From the NCBI GenBank assembly GCA_021107795.1, contig JAIOSB010000009.1, positions 1-58,903 of the forward strand: a DNA stretch of 58,903 nt, in the 5' to 3' direction. The notes under the pieces are model-generated. The model was not told the DNA's origin. It saw only the letters and a list, made by a program, of their open reading frames with translations, and ran no database searches. A program made the translations under genes and the position numbers. This document shows positions 50,789-58,704 of the stretch, piece by piece (within the stretch, counting starts at the first letter, position 1; each line of letters begins with the position of its first letter). Origin of the DNA: a bacterium. Lineage in GTDB: Bacteria; Patescibacteriota; Dojkabacteria; SC72.

Positions 50789-51745
50789 TTACCTTCTCTT
50801 CGAAAAAGCATATACAGAACTACCACTAAATACGAAAATAGCGGCTACTCCGAAAATCAACATTAAAGTTCTTACCAATCTAATATCTAACTCTCCTGCA
50901 GCCTGCGGAATTGTATCACCAGTACCTGCCACAACCCTTCCACTATCCTCTGTATACTGATCTGCTACAGCATCTCCATTTATACGACCATCCACTGCAT
51001 ACTCAACTCTCACCTTTTCATCTAGCAAAGTTACATTGCCAGCTGCATCAGAAATACTTACACTAAAAACATTCTTCCCAGCATCAAGTACAATATCTAA
51101 AATCTCAAAGTATCCTTCTCCATCTGCAAGTGAAAGATATACCTCTACACCTCTCTTAATTTCTACTGTAGCGTTTGGTTCTACACTACCAGTCATTCTG
51201 AAAGATTCTTTGTTAGTTTCTCCACCATAGATAAGTTCTACTTCATCACTACTAGGAGATGTCTTGTCTACAACTGCAACAAACTCTGCACTTCTTACAC
51301 TAATCTTCCTAATTGGAAAACCTTTCAATCCTGCAACAGATATTGCAAATTCTCCCTCATCATCAGTTGTATATATATATTCAAACACGCCATCCTCAAC
51401 CTTGACCTCATCAATCTTCTCATCATTTACAAATATTGCAACAGAATCATATTCTGGAGCTTCTCCTTTTACCATTATCTCCCCTTTATTAGTCACTTCT
51501 GTAACATATTCCCATGATGGGGTAACAAAAGTCTCCTCAAATATTGGATCTGCTCTAAATTGAATGAATGAATAAATACCGAAAGCAACAAGCAATACAC
51601 CCAGACCAATGAAGATTGTACCAACAATCCTAGAAGCCTTATCATTACCATTTACACTCTTGAGTTGGACTTTCTCCTTCATACTCTTCCTAACTTCTCT
51701 CTTTGAACTATTCTTACCTTTCTTGATAGATTTCTTTTTAGCCAT
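50789..51745 (-). CDS. surface protein with N-terminal anchor, Ig-like modules and C-terminal sorting-signal-like tail (candidate sortase substrate)
   Basis: A basic N-terminus and TM segment, then beta-rich repeats (EGEFAISVAG, NVFSVSISDAAGN). The C-terminus reads IPQAAG, a spacer, the hydrophobic LMLIFGVAAIFVFSGSSVYAF, then SKRR. It is divergent from the sortase gene. Confidence 0.6.
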   Translation of the reverse strand: MAKKKSIKKGKNSSKREVRKSMKEKVQLKSVNGNDKASRIVGTIFIGLGVLLVAFGIYSFIQFRADPIFEETFVTPSWEYVTEVTNKGEIMVKGEAPEYDSVAIFVNDEKIDEVKVEDGVFEYIYTTDDEGEFAISVAGLKGFPIRKISVRSAEFVAVVDKTSPSSDEVELIYGGETNKESFRMTGSVEPNATVEIKRGVEVYLSLADGEGYFEILDIVLDAGKNVFSVSISDAAGNVTLLDEKVRVEYAVDGRINGDAVADQYTEDSGRVVAGTGDTIPQAAGELDIRLVRTLMLIFGVAAIFVFSGSSVYAFSKRR

Positions 51746-51837
51746 CTAACCTATAATTTAATTTATATATCTCTCTAGAATAATTCATTTTACAAAACAG
51801 TTCAAGTCTTTTCGAATAATTGATAGAATATCCTACT

Positions 51838-52530
51838 ATGACAAAATCAATTTACAAATATCTCATAACAGTTTTTCTTCTGCTACTTCTTTTCGTACCA
51901 ATATCGTACTTTCTAATCCTCCCCAATTACAATATTCTCATCGGTACATTTAAGCGAGTAGATTTGAAGAGATACACATACGATATCTGCTTCTCACTCC
52001 TCACAACTGTCGCACCTACTAAGGAACAAATACTCGGTACATCACAAATATTGGTAGAGGATGTAAGTATTGAAGAATACCTAGGAGAGGTAGAGGATAT
52101 AGATCCGATACTGGAAAAATTGAATACAAAGCTTGAGATAGAATCGATAGGTGTAAAGGGGAATATCTTCCAAGGTAGTGATTCAAATACCTTAGAGAAA
52201 GGTTTCTGGCATTTTCCACTTTCTAAATATCCCGGACAGAAGGGGAATGTGGTAGTAATCTCACATAGGTATTTACATATACCTCCTGCAAAAAACACTT
52301 TCTTTAATCTGGATAAGGTAAGAAAAGGAGACAGTCTTTTTTTCACACAAGAGGGTAATAGCTACAATTACATCGTATCTGAGGTTAAGATTGTAGAAAA
52401 GAATGATATTTCTGTAATTCAAGATAGCTCGGACTACAGAGTTACCCTAATTACATGTACACCTCTATGGACTTCACACCAAAGGCTTGTTGTGATTGGG
52501 AAACTGGACAAATTGTACCAAAAAACGTAG
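51838..52530 (+). CDS. sortase-family transpeptidase
   Basis: An N-terminal TM segment, catalytic His in VVVISHRY, catalytic Cys in VTLITCTP and a conserved Arg in HQRLVVIG. ATG at 51838 is chosen. The ORF is open from the TTG at 51820. Confidence 0.8.
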   Translation: MTKSIYKYLITVFLLLLLFVPISYFLILPNYNILIGTFKRVDLKRYTYDICFSLLTTVAPTKEQILGTSQILVEDVSIEEYLGEVEDIDPILEKLNTKLEIESIGVKGNIFQGSDSNTLEKGFWHFPLSKYPGQKGNVVVISHRYLHIPPAKNTFFNLDKVRKGDSLFFTQEGNSYNYIVSEVKIVEKNDISVIQDSSDYRVTLITCTPLWTSHQRLVVIGKLDKLYQKT

Positions 52531-52561
52531 AATTCATAGTCTAAGTTCATTATTAACAAAT

Positions 52562-53608
52562 ATGTCAGATATGTACACAAGAGAAGACAAGGGTAAGGAT
52601 ACAGTAATTCTTACAATCACTATGCCAAGAGATGATTTTGATAAGTCATACAATGCACTTCTTAAAGATCAGACTAAGGATAGTAGTGTTAAAGGTTTTA
52701 GAAAAGGTAAGGTTCCTACAGATTTACTCGAGCCTTCCATAAAGCCTATGCTTCAATTTGAAGTTTTCGAGAAGTTGGCTCCAATGTTCATAAATACTGC
52801 AATTCAAAAAGAAAAGATAGAGCTAATTGCACCTCCTAAATATTCAGAGTTACCAAAGTTTGATAACAAGGATGATTTAGAATTTAAGGTAGAGGTTACG
52901 ATAATGCCTGAGTTTAAGTTGGGTAATATGAAAAAGATTAAAGTAGAGAAAGAGGATGTAAAGATAGAGCAAAAGGATGTAGATCAAGCAATTAAGGAGT
53001 TAAAGACTAATAATGAGACTAAGGCTAAGACCATAAATGATGCTTGGGCCAAGGAGATTGCTAAGAAGTTAAACTTAGAAGATATTAAGAGTTTAGATAA
53101 TCTCAAGAAGGAGATAGAGAAGATTCTCACTACACAGAAAAATCATATGTTGATGCAAACATATCAGGAGAATGCACTTAAGCAGGCTGTTAATCTTTCA
53201 GAGATTGTAATACCTCAAGCCGCGATCGAGTTTGAAGCTAAAGAAAGAGAGAGGGCTTTTGAGCAAGATATGGAGGGTAGGGGAGTTAAGACCGATGACT
53301 TTATCAAACAGAGTGGTATTGATATTAAACAGATGAGAGAGGCTTGGCTTAAGGATGCAAAGGATGCACTTGAGAGTGATATGTTTTTGACTTTGTATGC
53401 AAAGACTAAGGATATTAAAGTAAAGAAGGAAGATATCGATAAGAAGATTGAGATGATTAAGAAGAGTCAACCTAATGCTGATCAATCCATATTTGAGAAT
53501 GAGCAGTGGTTGGAATATATAGAGAGGGTAGAGAGGAAAGAGAAAGCTTTTAGAGAGTTCATTGAGGTTGCTCTTGGTAAAGATTTTTTAAATATGGAGG
53601 AGAAATAG
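52562..53608 (+). CDS. tig: trigger factor (short form, no recognisable PPIase domain)
   Basis: The ribosome-binding signature GFRKGKVP in the N-domain, directly upstream of clpP as in many bacteria. ATG at 52562 is chosen. Confidence 0.8.
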   Translation: MSDMYTREDKGKDTVILTITMPRDDFDKSYNALLKDQTKDSSVKGFRKGKVPTDLLEPSIKPMLQFEVFEKLAPMFINTAIQKEKIELIAPPKYSELPKFDNKDDLEFKVEVTIMPEFKLGNMKKIKVEKEDVKIEQKDVDQAIKELKTNNETKAKTINDAWAKEIAKKLNLEDIKSLDNLKKEIEKILTTQKNHMLMQTYQENALKQAVNLSEIVIPQAAIEFEAKERERAFEQDMEGRGVKTDDFIKQSGIDIKQMREAWLKDAKDALESDMFLTLYAKTKDIKVKKEDIDKKIEMIKKSQPNADQSIFENEQWLEYIERVERKEKAFREFIEVALGKDFLNMEEK

Positions 53609-53610
53609 GA

Positions 53611-54189
53611 ATGTTAATACCTACAGTAATTGAAAAGAGTAGAGATGGAGACAGAGCTTATGATATTTATTCTAGATTACTTAAGGATAGGATTATATTC
53701 GTAGGTGGTACTATCAATGATCAGTTAGCTAATATCGTAATAGCACAGTTGTTGTTTTTAGAGAAAGAGAATGAGAAGGAGGATATCCAAATGTTTATTA
53801 ATTCCCCTGGTGGTCATATTCATTCTGGTTTAGCAATTCTTGATACTATGAATTACGTTAAGTGTGAAATTTCTACTATCGCAGTTGGTATGGCTGCATC
53901 TATGGCTTCCATACTTCTTACATCGGGTACAAAGGGTAAGCGCTTTTCACTTCCTAATAGTAAGATTCTCATTCATCAGCCTTTGGGTGGAGTAGAGGGG
54001 CAGGCTTCTGATATAGCGATAGAGGCAGAGGAGATTCTTAAGCTGAAGAGTACATTAAATAGGATATTGGCTAAGAGTACAGGGCAGAAGGTTGCACAGG
54101 TTGAGAAGGATGTAGATAGGGATAAGTATTTTACGGCAAAGGAAGCAATGGCTTATGGTTTGATAGACAAGGTTGTTAGAAAGAGATAG
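53611..54189 (+). CDS. clpP: ATP-dependent Clp protease proteolytic subunit
   Basis: [16 protein letters not shown], catalytic Ser in GMAASMAS and His in ILIHQPLGG. Preceded by a GGAGG Shine-Dalgarno sequence. Confidence 0.95.
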   Translation: MLIPTVIEKSRDGDRAYDIYSRLLKDRIIFVGGTINDQLANIVIAQLLFLEKENEKEDIQMFINSPGGHIHSGLAILDTMNYVKCEISTIAVGMAASMASILLTSGTKGKRFSLPNSKILIHQPLGGVEGQASDIAIEAEEILKLKSTLNRILAKSTGQKVAQVEKDVDRDKYFTAKEAMAYGLIDKVVRKR

Positions 54190-54203
54190 AATATTTTGTT
54201 TAG

Positions 54204-54280
54204 GGGCGATTAGCTCAGCTGGCTAGAGCATCACATTGACATTGTGGAGGTCACAGGTTCGAGTCCCGTATCGCCCACCA
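54204..54280 (+). tRNA. tRNA-Val (anticodon GAC), CCA encoded
   Basis: Acceptor GGGCGAT/ATCGCCC, D-arm GCTC-AGCTGGCTA-GAGC, anticodon stem TCACA/TGTGG with loop TTGACAT, T-arm ACAGG-TTCGAGT-CCCGT (one A-C mismatch), then ACCA. Confidence 0.85.
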
Positions 54281-54319
54281 CAGGGATTCTTTTAACATTT
54301 ATTTTTATAGTTATCAAAT

Positions 54320-56044
54320 ATGAAAGAAGTATTATGTCCTCATTGTCAGAGAGGGTTAGTATTGGATAGTGATGATTTGAATCTTGAGGTGATAAGATGT
54401 CCCGCTTGTGGAGAATTCTTTCTTTTGTCGGAAGCAGAAGAAGGAGAGGATGGGGATGATCTGTTGTTGATAAACATTGAGACGAAACATAACCAAGATG
54501 GATCAGTGAAGGCAAGAAGTGGTTATAAAGCCAATATAGGTAGTAAATCACTTAATCGTGTCATAAAGATTTCTGCGGATAGTAAATATGAATTATCAGA
54601 AAAGATAAGAGAAAAAGCATATGACCTTAAAGAACAAGCGAAAGCGGAAAAATCGTCTCTAGGGATTGAAGAGCAAATGACAATGTTACAAGAAATCTTG
54701 AAAGATGGAATCACGAAGAAGATAGATTTCAAATGGGAAGATGGAAAGAGGGAAGATGCATTTGGAAAGAAGAAGCCTACATTTCAAAAGTCTAAGCCAA
54801 AAAGAGGGGATGTCTACCGTTCCCTTGGTTTCCTTAAAGCTGTTTTTAAGAAATATGCTGCTAAAAAGGATTTAGAATACGCACAAAAACTCAAAGAGCT
54901 TACTGCTGAATGGAAGAAAGAAAAACTCTCTTATGAAAAATCTTTAAATCAATGGGTTAAGGAGAACGAGGTCTTTGAGGAAGAGAAAAAGGAATTTAAT
55001 AAAAAGATAGATAAAAAAATAGAAAAACAAAAAATAGGAGAAAAGGTAATCATTGAAGAATACTTTAGGAATATTCTTACTGAATCAGAATATCCGTCAT
55101 CTTTCTCTAAAAAATTTGATTTGGGATATAATGAAGAAGAAAAGATGTTGGTTGTTGAATATACCTTACCAGAATATGAAACCATTCCTAAATATCAAAG
55201 GGAGGACTATATTAGGAAAACAGGGGAAAGGAAAAAAGTCCCTCTATCAGAATCAGCAAGAGAAAGATTGTATAACAATATCCTTTATTCAATTCCTCTA
55301 AGAACGCTGCATGAGATTTTTGTAAATGATAAATATGAAAATGTTGAGAGTGCTGTGTTTAATGGATGGGTAGACACTCTTGATAAGGCTAAAGGTAAGA
55401 GGAAGATAATATGTATTCTTACTGTACATGCTAAGAAGGAAGACTTCTTAGACATAGCTCTTGAGAAGGTTGAACCTAAGGCTTGTTTCAAAGGTTTGAA
55501 AGGTGTAGGGAGTAGTAAATTGAGTAGTCTTGCACCAGTAGCTCCGATATTAAAACTAGATAAAGAGGATAGAAGATTCATAAAGGCAGAAGAAGTTTTA
55601 AATGATGTTGATATATCTATGAATATTGCGGCAATGGATTGGGAAGATTTTGAACATTTGGTTAGAGAAGTGTTTGAACAAGAGTTTGCTCAGTCAGGGA
55701 TGGAAGTTAAAGTTACACAATCCAGTAGAGATCTTGGAGTTGATGCAATTGCCTTTGATCCAGATCCATTCAGAGGGGGGAAGATAATCATACAGGCGAA
55801 GAGATATACAAATACTGTTAAGGTAGAGTCTGTAAGGGCTTTGTATGGGATTATGCAAGATGAGGGTGCAATGAAGGGGATTATCGTTACGACGTCGGAT
55901 TATGGTCCAGATGCCTATAAGTTTGCTCAAGGAAAACCAATTACACTAATAAACGGGAATAACCTATTGTCTATGCTTGAAAAATATGGTCATAGGGCAA
56001 GGATAGACCTTAAAGAAGCTAAAAAGCTATTACTGGAGGAGTAG
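54320..56044 (+). CDS. Zn-ribbon / coiled-coil / Mrr-type (PD-(D/E)xK) restriction-endonuclease-domain protein
   Basis: N-terminal CPHCQ and CPACG knuckles and a long Lys/Glu-rich coiled-coil. The C-terminal Mrr_cat pattern reads WEDFEHLVREVFE, then DLGVDAIAF, IIIQAKRY and GIIVTTSDYGPDAYKFA. Confidence 0.75.
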   Translation: MKEVLCPHCQRGLVLDSDDLNLEVIRCPACGEFFLLSEAEEGEDGDDLLLINIETKHNQDGSVKARSGYKANIGSKSLNRVIKISADSKYELSEKIREKAYDLKEQAKAEKSSLGIEEQMTMLQEILKDGITKKIDFKWEDGKREDAFGKKKPTFQKSKPKRGDVYRSLGFLKAVFKKYAAKKDLEYAQKLKELTAEWKKEKLSYEKSLNQWVKENEVFEEEKKEFNKKIDKKIEKQKIGEKVIIEEYFRNILTESEYPSSFSKKFDLGYNEEEKMLVVEYTLPEYETIPKYQREDYIRKTGERKKVPLSESARERLYNNILYSIPLRTLHEIFVNDKYENVESAVFNGWVDTLDKAKGKRKIICILTVHAKKEDFLDIALEKVEPKACFKGLKGVGSSKLSSLAPVAPILKLDKEDRRFIKAEEVLNDVDISMNIAAMDWEDFEHLVREVFEQEFAQSGMEVKVTQSSRDLGVDAIAFDPDPFRGGKIIIQAKRYTNTVKVESVRALYGIMQDEGAMKGIIVTTSDYGPDAYKFAQGKPITLINGNNLLSMLEKYGHRARIDLKEAKKLLLEE

Positions 56045-56174
56045 TCCTGCTCGTCATTGAAATGAATGATGTCTTCTGGTTTTATAAGTTTGTTTTCCTC
56101 TCTTGTATTACAGAAGAAAGCCAAAGAAATATATGCTTAATTTCAAATTAGCATTATTAACTGTATTGGGTTTT

Positions 56175-56206
56175 TAAGTTCCATGCTACTCAGTATCGCC
56201 CACCAC
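56175..56206 (+). repeat. direct repeat R1: pseudo-3'-end of tRNA-Val
   Basis: TAAGTTCCATGCTACTCAGTATCGCCCACCAC. The 12 nt TATCGCCCACCA equal the last 12 nt of the tRNA-Val gene. Confidence 0.85.
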
Positions 56207-56234
56207 TTCCTCCTATAATTTGGTATAATTACTC

Positions 56235-56837
56235 ATGAAAATATTTTTCATCAGACATGGAGAAACAGATAAAAATGTCGGGAGGAATTTACACGAGAAG
56301 GGAGATAGCGAAACTTTAAATCAAACGGGTGTAGAGCAAATAGAAAAAACTGCGGAAATATTAAGAAATGCAAAGATATCTGTAATATTTTGTTCCAAAG
56401 AAACACGAGCACAAAAAAGTTCCGAAATACTTTCCAATATTCTTGAATGTCCAACTATACAAATAGATGGCTTTGAGGAAAGAAACTGGGGTGTTTATTC
56501 AAATAGGCCTTGGAGTGATGTAAAGGAAGTACTTGACCCTCTTACTCTTGAAGAGAGATATACCTATGTTCCTCCAGAGGGTGAATCATGGGAGATTTTT
56601 GAGAAGAGACTTATAGAAGCATTAACAGAATCTATAAAGAAAGGGGATGATGAGAATATTGGTATTGTAACGCATGGAGGCGCTATTAGAGCCTTAATTC
56701 CCTACCTATTAGGAGTTTCTAAGGAGGAAAGTTTTAAGTATGATCCCGCGAATGCGTCAATTACTGAATTTGATTACGATGGAAAGATTTTTACGAGACA
56801 AAGGATAGATGATACTTCTCATCTATTAAATAAATAG
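56235..56837 (+). CDS. histidine phosphatase (phosphoglycerate-mutase-like) family protein
   Basis: N-terminal FIRHGET (RHG catalytic motif), a downstream SKETRAQKS, and VTHGGAIRAL containing the second catalytic His. Confidence 0.85.
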   Translation: MKIFFIRHGETDKNVGRNLHEKGDSETLNQTGVEQIEKTAEILRNAKISVIFCSKETRAQKSSEILSNILECPTIQIDGFEERNWGVYSNRPWSDVKEVLDPLTLEERYTYVPPEGESWEIFEKRLIEALTESIKKGDDENIGIVTHGGAIRALIPYLLGVSKEESFKYDPANASITEFDYDGKIFTRQRIDDTSHLLNK

Positions 56838-56857
56838 ATACGAGATAACTCTATTTC

Positions 56858-56889
56858 TAAGTTCCGTGCTATTTAATATCGCCCACTAT
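56858..56889 (+). repeat. direct repeat R2: pseudo-3'-end of tRNA-Val
   Basis: TAAGTTCCGTGCTATTTAATATCGCCCACTAT. It differs from R4 at 2 positions. Confidence 0.85.
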
Positions 56890-56908
56890 TTTCTGATATA
56901 ATTATGTA

Positions 56909-57379
56909 ATGATAACAAAGGACTTTTCTAATTTCGCGGACTCCCTAATTTTCCAACTCCCTTTTGATATTTCTAATTTAGAATTAGACCATTTCGGATA
57001 TCAATGCTCATCCGCAGAAAATTATGATAGCTTTAAGGTTGAATCTCAACAGATTGGTAATATGATTTCGGAAGAGATTGTTAGTGGGAGAAGAGTTTCT
57101 ATATTTAGATTTAAAGACAGGTTCAAGTACAAAAGTTTTGATATCCTAGGGTTTGAATTAGTAGAACCCAAAATAGGACAAGTTTGTGAATCAGAGTTAG
57201 ATCATTTAGAATTTGTGATTCCTGTATCTTTCGATGAGTATCTAATGACACATGAAAATGCTAACTGGGATATATCTGCTATGGAGAGAGAAGATTTCCC
57301 TAAGATAGTCTTGAAGTTGAATCATGATAAAAGTATTAAATTTCATACAAAGAATATCTTTGAGGAAATACCTGATTAG
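56909..57379 (+). CDS. small VOC/YecM-like (glyoxalase-fold) protein, tentative
   Basis: A 156-aa ORF with LDHFGYQC and LDHLEFVI, spaced like the paired metal-ligand strands of VOC-fold proteins. This is a weak, motif-only call. Confidence 0.45.
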   Translation: MITKDFSNFADSLIFQLPFDISNLELDHFGYQCSSAENYDSFKVESQQIGNMISEEIVSGRRVSIFRFKDRFKYKSFDILGFELVEPKIGQVCESELDHLEFVIPVSFDEYLMTHENANWDISAMEREDFPKIVLKLNHDKSIKFHTKNIFEEIPD

Positions 57380-57407
57380 ATATTTAATACAAGAGAGAAA
57401 CTATTTC

Positions 57408-57439
57408 TAAGTTCCATGCTCTCAAGTATCGCCCACCAT
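57408..57439 (+). repeat. direct repeat R3: pseudo-3'-end of tRNA-Val
   Basis: TAAGTTCCATGCTCTCAAGTATCGCCCACCAT. It shares the left flank ACTATTTC with R2. Confidence 0.85.
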
Positions 57440-57522
57440 TTTGAAAATTTAAGCGGAAATTGGGGCTGTGCTGCAAAGAATTATCCATACATCAGGATTC
57501 TATCCTCCATTGAAGATAGGAC

Positions 57523-58506
57523 TTAACTAGAAACATTCAGTTTCGGGGTAATACCCATCATATGTAGAAGCCCAGGTTGTCTCCCCAGAGATGCAGCCCT
57601 AGGGTCCACCCACTTTTCAAAATAGTCTTTAAGAAGGACTCTTTGGGCTATTCTACAACGTGGCTCCACTATTGTGGCCGTACCGTCTTCTTTAATATCC
57701 GTGCCAAGCATAATATGGCCAGCACGATATTTCATACCACCAATTATTACAAATCCACCATCTTCACAAACAGCTTGTGCTCTTGAAAAAATATCAGGCC
57801 ATTCCGACTGGGGAACAATTCTTGTATATCTAGCACCATAGTTGGGCGCCAAAAACTCAGTTTTCGAAATGAGCTGTGGGGCTAAGGTCTTCAGAGCGTC
57901 GGGAAGTCCAACAAAATACATTGCATCATTCCAGGCAACATATTTGGCAGTGTAACCCCTTATATCTGTGAAGGTCTTCCCTTCAAGTGCGATATGAATA
58001 TCAGCAATGGTAATATCTGGAACTTTAGACGTATTTAAATACTCGCACATCTTTATAGCAGTAGCTATAGTTGCCAGTCCACAGCAGTTGTCAGAATCAA
58101 GAGTTCTAGGGTGTCTTAGGTACTCCTCCGGATCCAATTGAAACGTAAGAATTTTCCTAGTATTTTCACCCCATAATTTTGTAAAAAACTCTAGATCTCC
58201 CATTAATTCAATCCGCTCAGAAAGTGACAATTCCCATACATCAGGCGTTTCAGATGGAGTTACTGTTTCAGTTGGGGTGGGGGTTGGAGCATCTGGTGTC
58301 TCAGTTGGAGTCACTGGTGTCTCGGTTGGAGTCACTGGTGTCTCGGTTGGAGTCAGAGTTGATGGAATTGTAGAAGTAGGAGGTAAGCCCTCACCGACGA
58401 GTGATTTGCGTACGCAGCCAGCTGCGATTGCACTAGCAGCTAATATACCTACGTTGATAGCATCTCGCCTTGATAACCCTCCAGATTCAGTCTTAGATTC
58501 AGTCAT
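57523..58506 (-). CDS. exported lipoprotein-like protein with Pro/Thr linker and Cys-peptidase-like domain
   Basis: ATG at 58506 gives MTESKTESGGLSRRDAINVGILAASAIAAGC (twin-Arg-like n-region plus a lipobox-like AAGC). Then come three TPTETPV units and a globular domain with DNCCGLATIA and AGHIML (possible Cys/His dyad). It is visibly richer in G+C than its neighbours. The ORF is open to the TTG at 58542. Confidence 0.6.
   Translation of the reverse strand: MTESKTESGGLSRRDAINVGILAASAIAAGCVRKSLVGEGLPPTSTIPSTLTPTETPVTPTETPVTPTETPDAPTPTPTETVTPSETPDVWELSLSERIELMGDLEFFTKLWGENTRKILTFQLDPEEYLRHPRTLDSDNCCGLATIATAIKMCEYLNTSKVPDITIADIHIALEGKTFTDIRGYTAKYVAWNDAMYFVGLPDALKTLAPQLISKTEFLAPNYGARYTRIVPQSEWPDIFSRAQAVCEDGGFVIIGGMKYRAGHIMLGTDIKEDGTATIVEPRCRIAQRVLLKDYFEKWVDPRAASLGRQPGLLHMMGITPKLNVSS
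58295..58357. repeat. 3 x 21-nt tandem repeat inside the lipoprotein-like gene
   Basis: GGTGTCTC(A/G)GTTGGAGTCACT twice, then a third unit ending AGA. It encodes (TPTETPV)3 on the minus strand. Confidence 0.9.
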
Positions 58507-58626
58507 GGAAGGATAATAACCTATAACAATGATATCCGTCAAGCAAAACTAGTAGTATATTCCCAACTACTAATTCAACAAATCTAAAAGACATTTAGAA
58601 ATCTAAGAGAAATGTCATTCTCTTCT

Positions 58627-58658
58627 TAAGTTCCATGCTATTTAATATCGCCCACCAT
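58627..58658 (+). repeat. direct repeat R4: pseudo-3'-end of tRNA-Val
   Basis: TAAGTTCCATGCTATTTAATATCGCCCACCAT. Confidence 0.85.
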
Positions 58659-58704
58659 TCTCTCCATATATTGCCATCCACACAATATAGCCATATACTA
58701 CAAG

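Noticed and set aside
56175-58658. The four 32-nt direct repeats as a CRISPR array
   Set aside because: The intervals are 0.5 to 1.2 kb, irregular, and each contains a full-length ORF. The repeats are imperfect and not palindromic, and no cas genes are in view.
56175-58658. The repeats as classical integron attC sites
   Set aside because: They lack the inverted R''/L''-L'/R' structure and the GTTRRRY core. No intI or attI is visible upstream, since clpP and the tRNA abut the array. The resemblance is architectural only.
56175-58658. The repeats as additional functional tRNA or tRNA-half genes
   Set aside because: Only the 3' acceptor strand and a T-loop-like GTTC.A remain. There is no complementary 5' acceptor strand, D-arm or anticodon arm nearby, and the T-stem pairing is lost.
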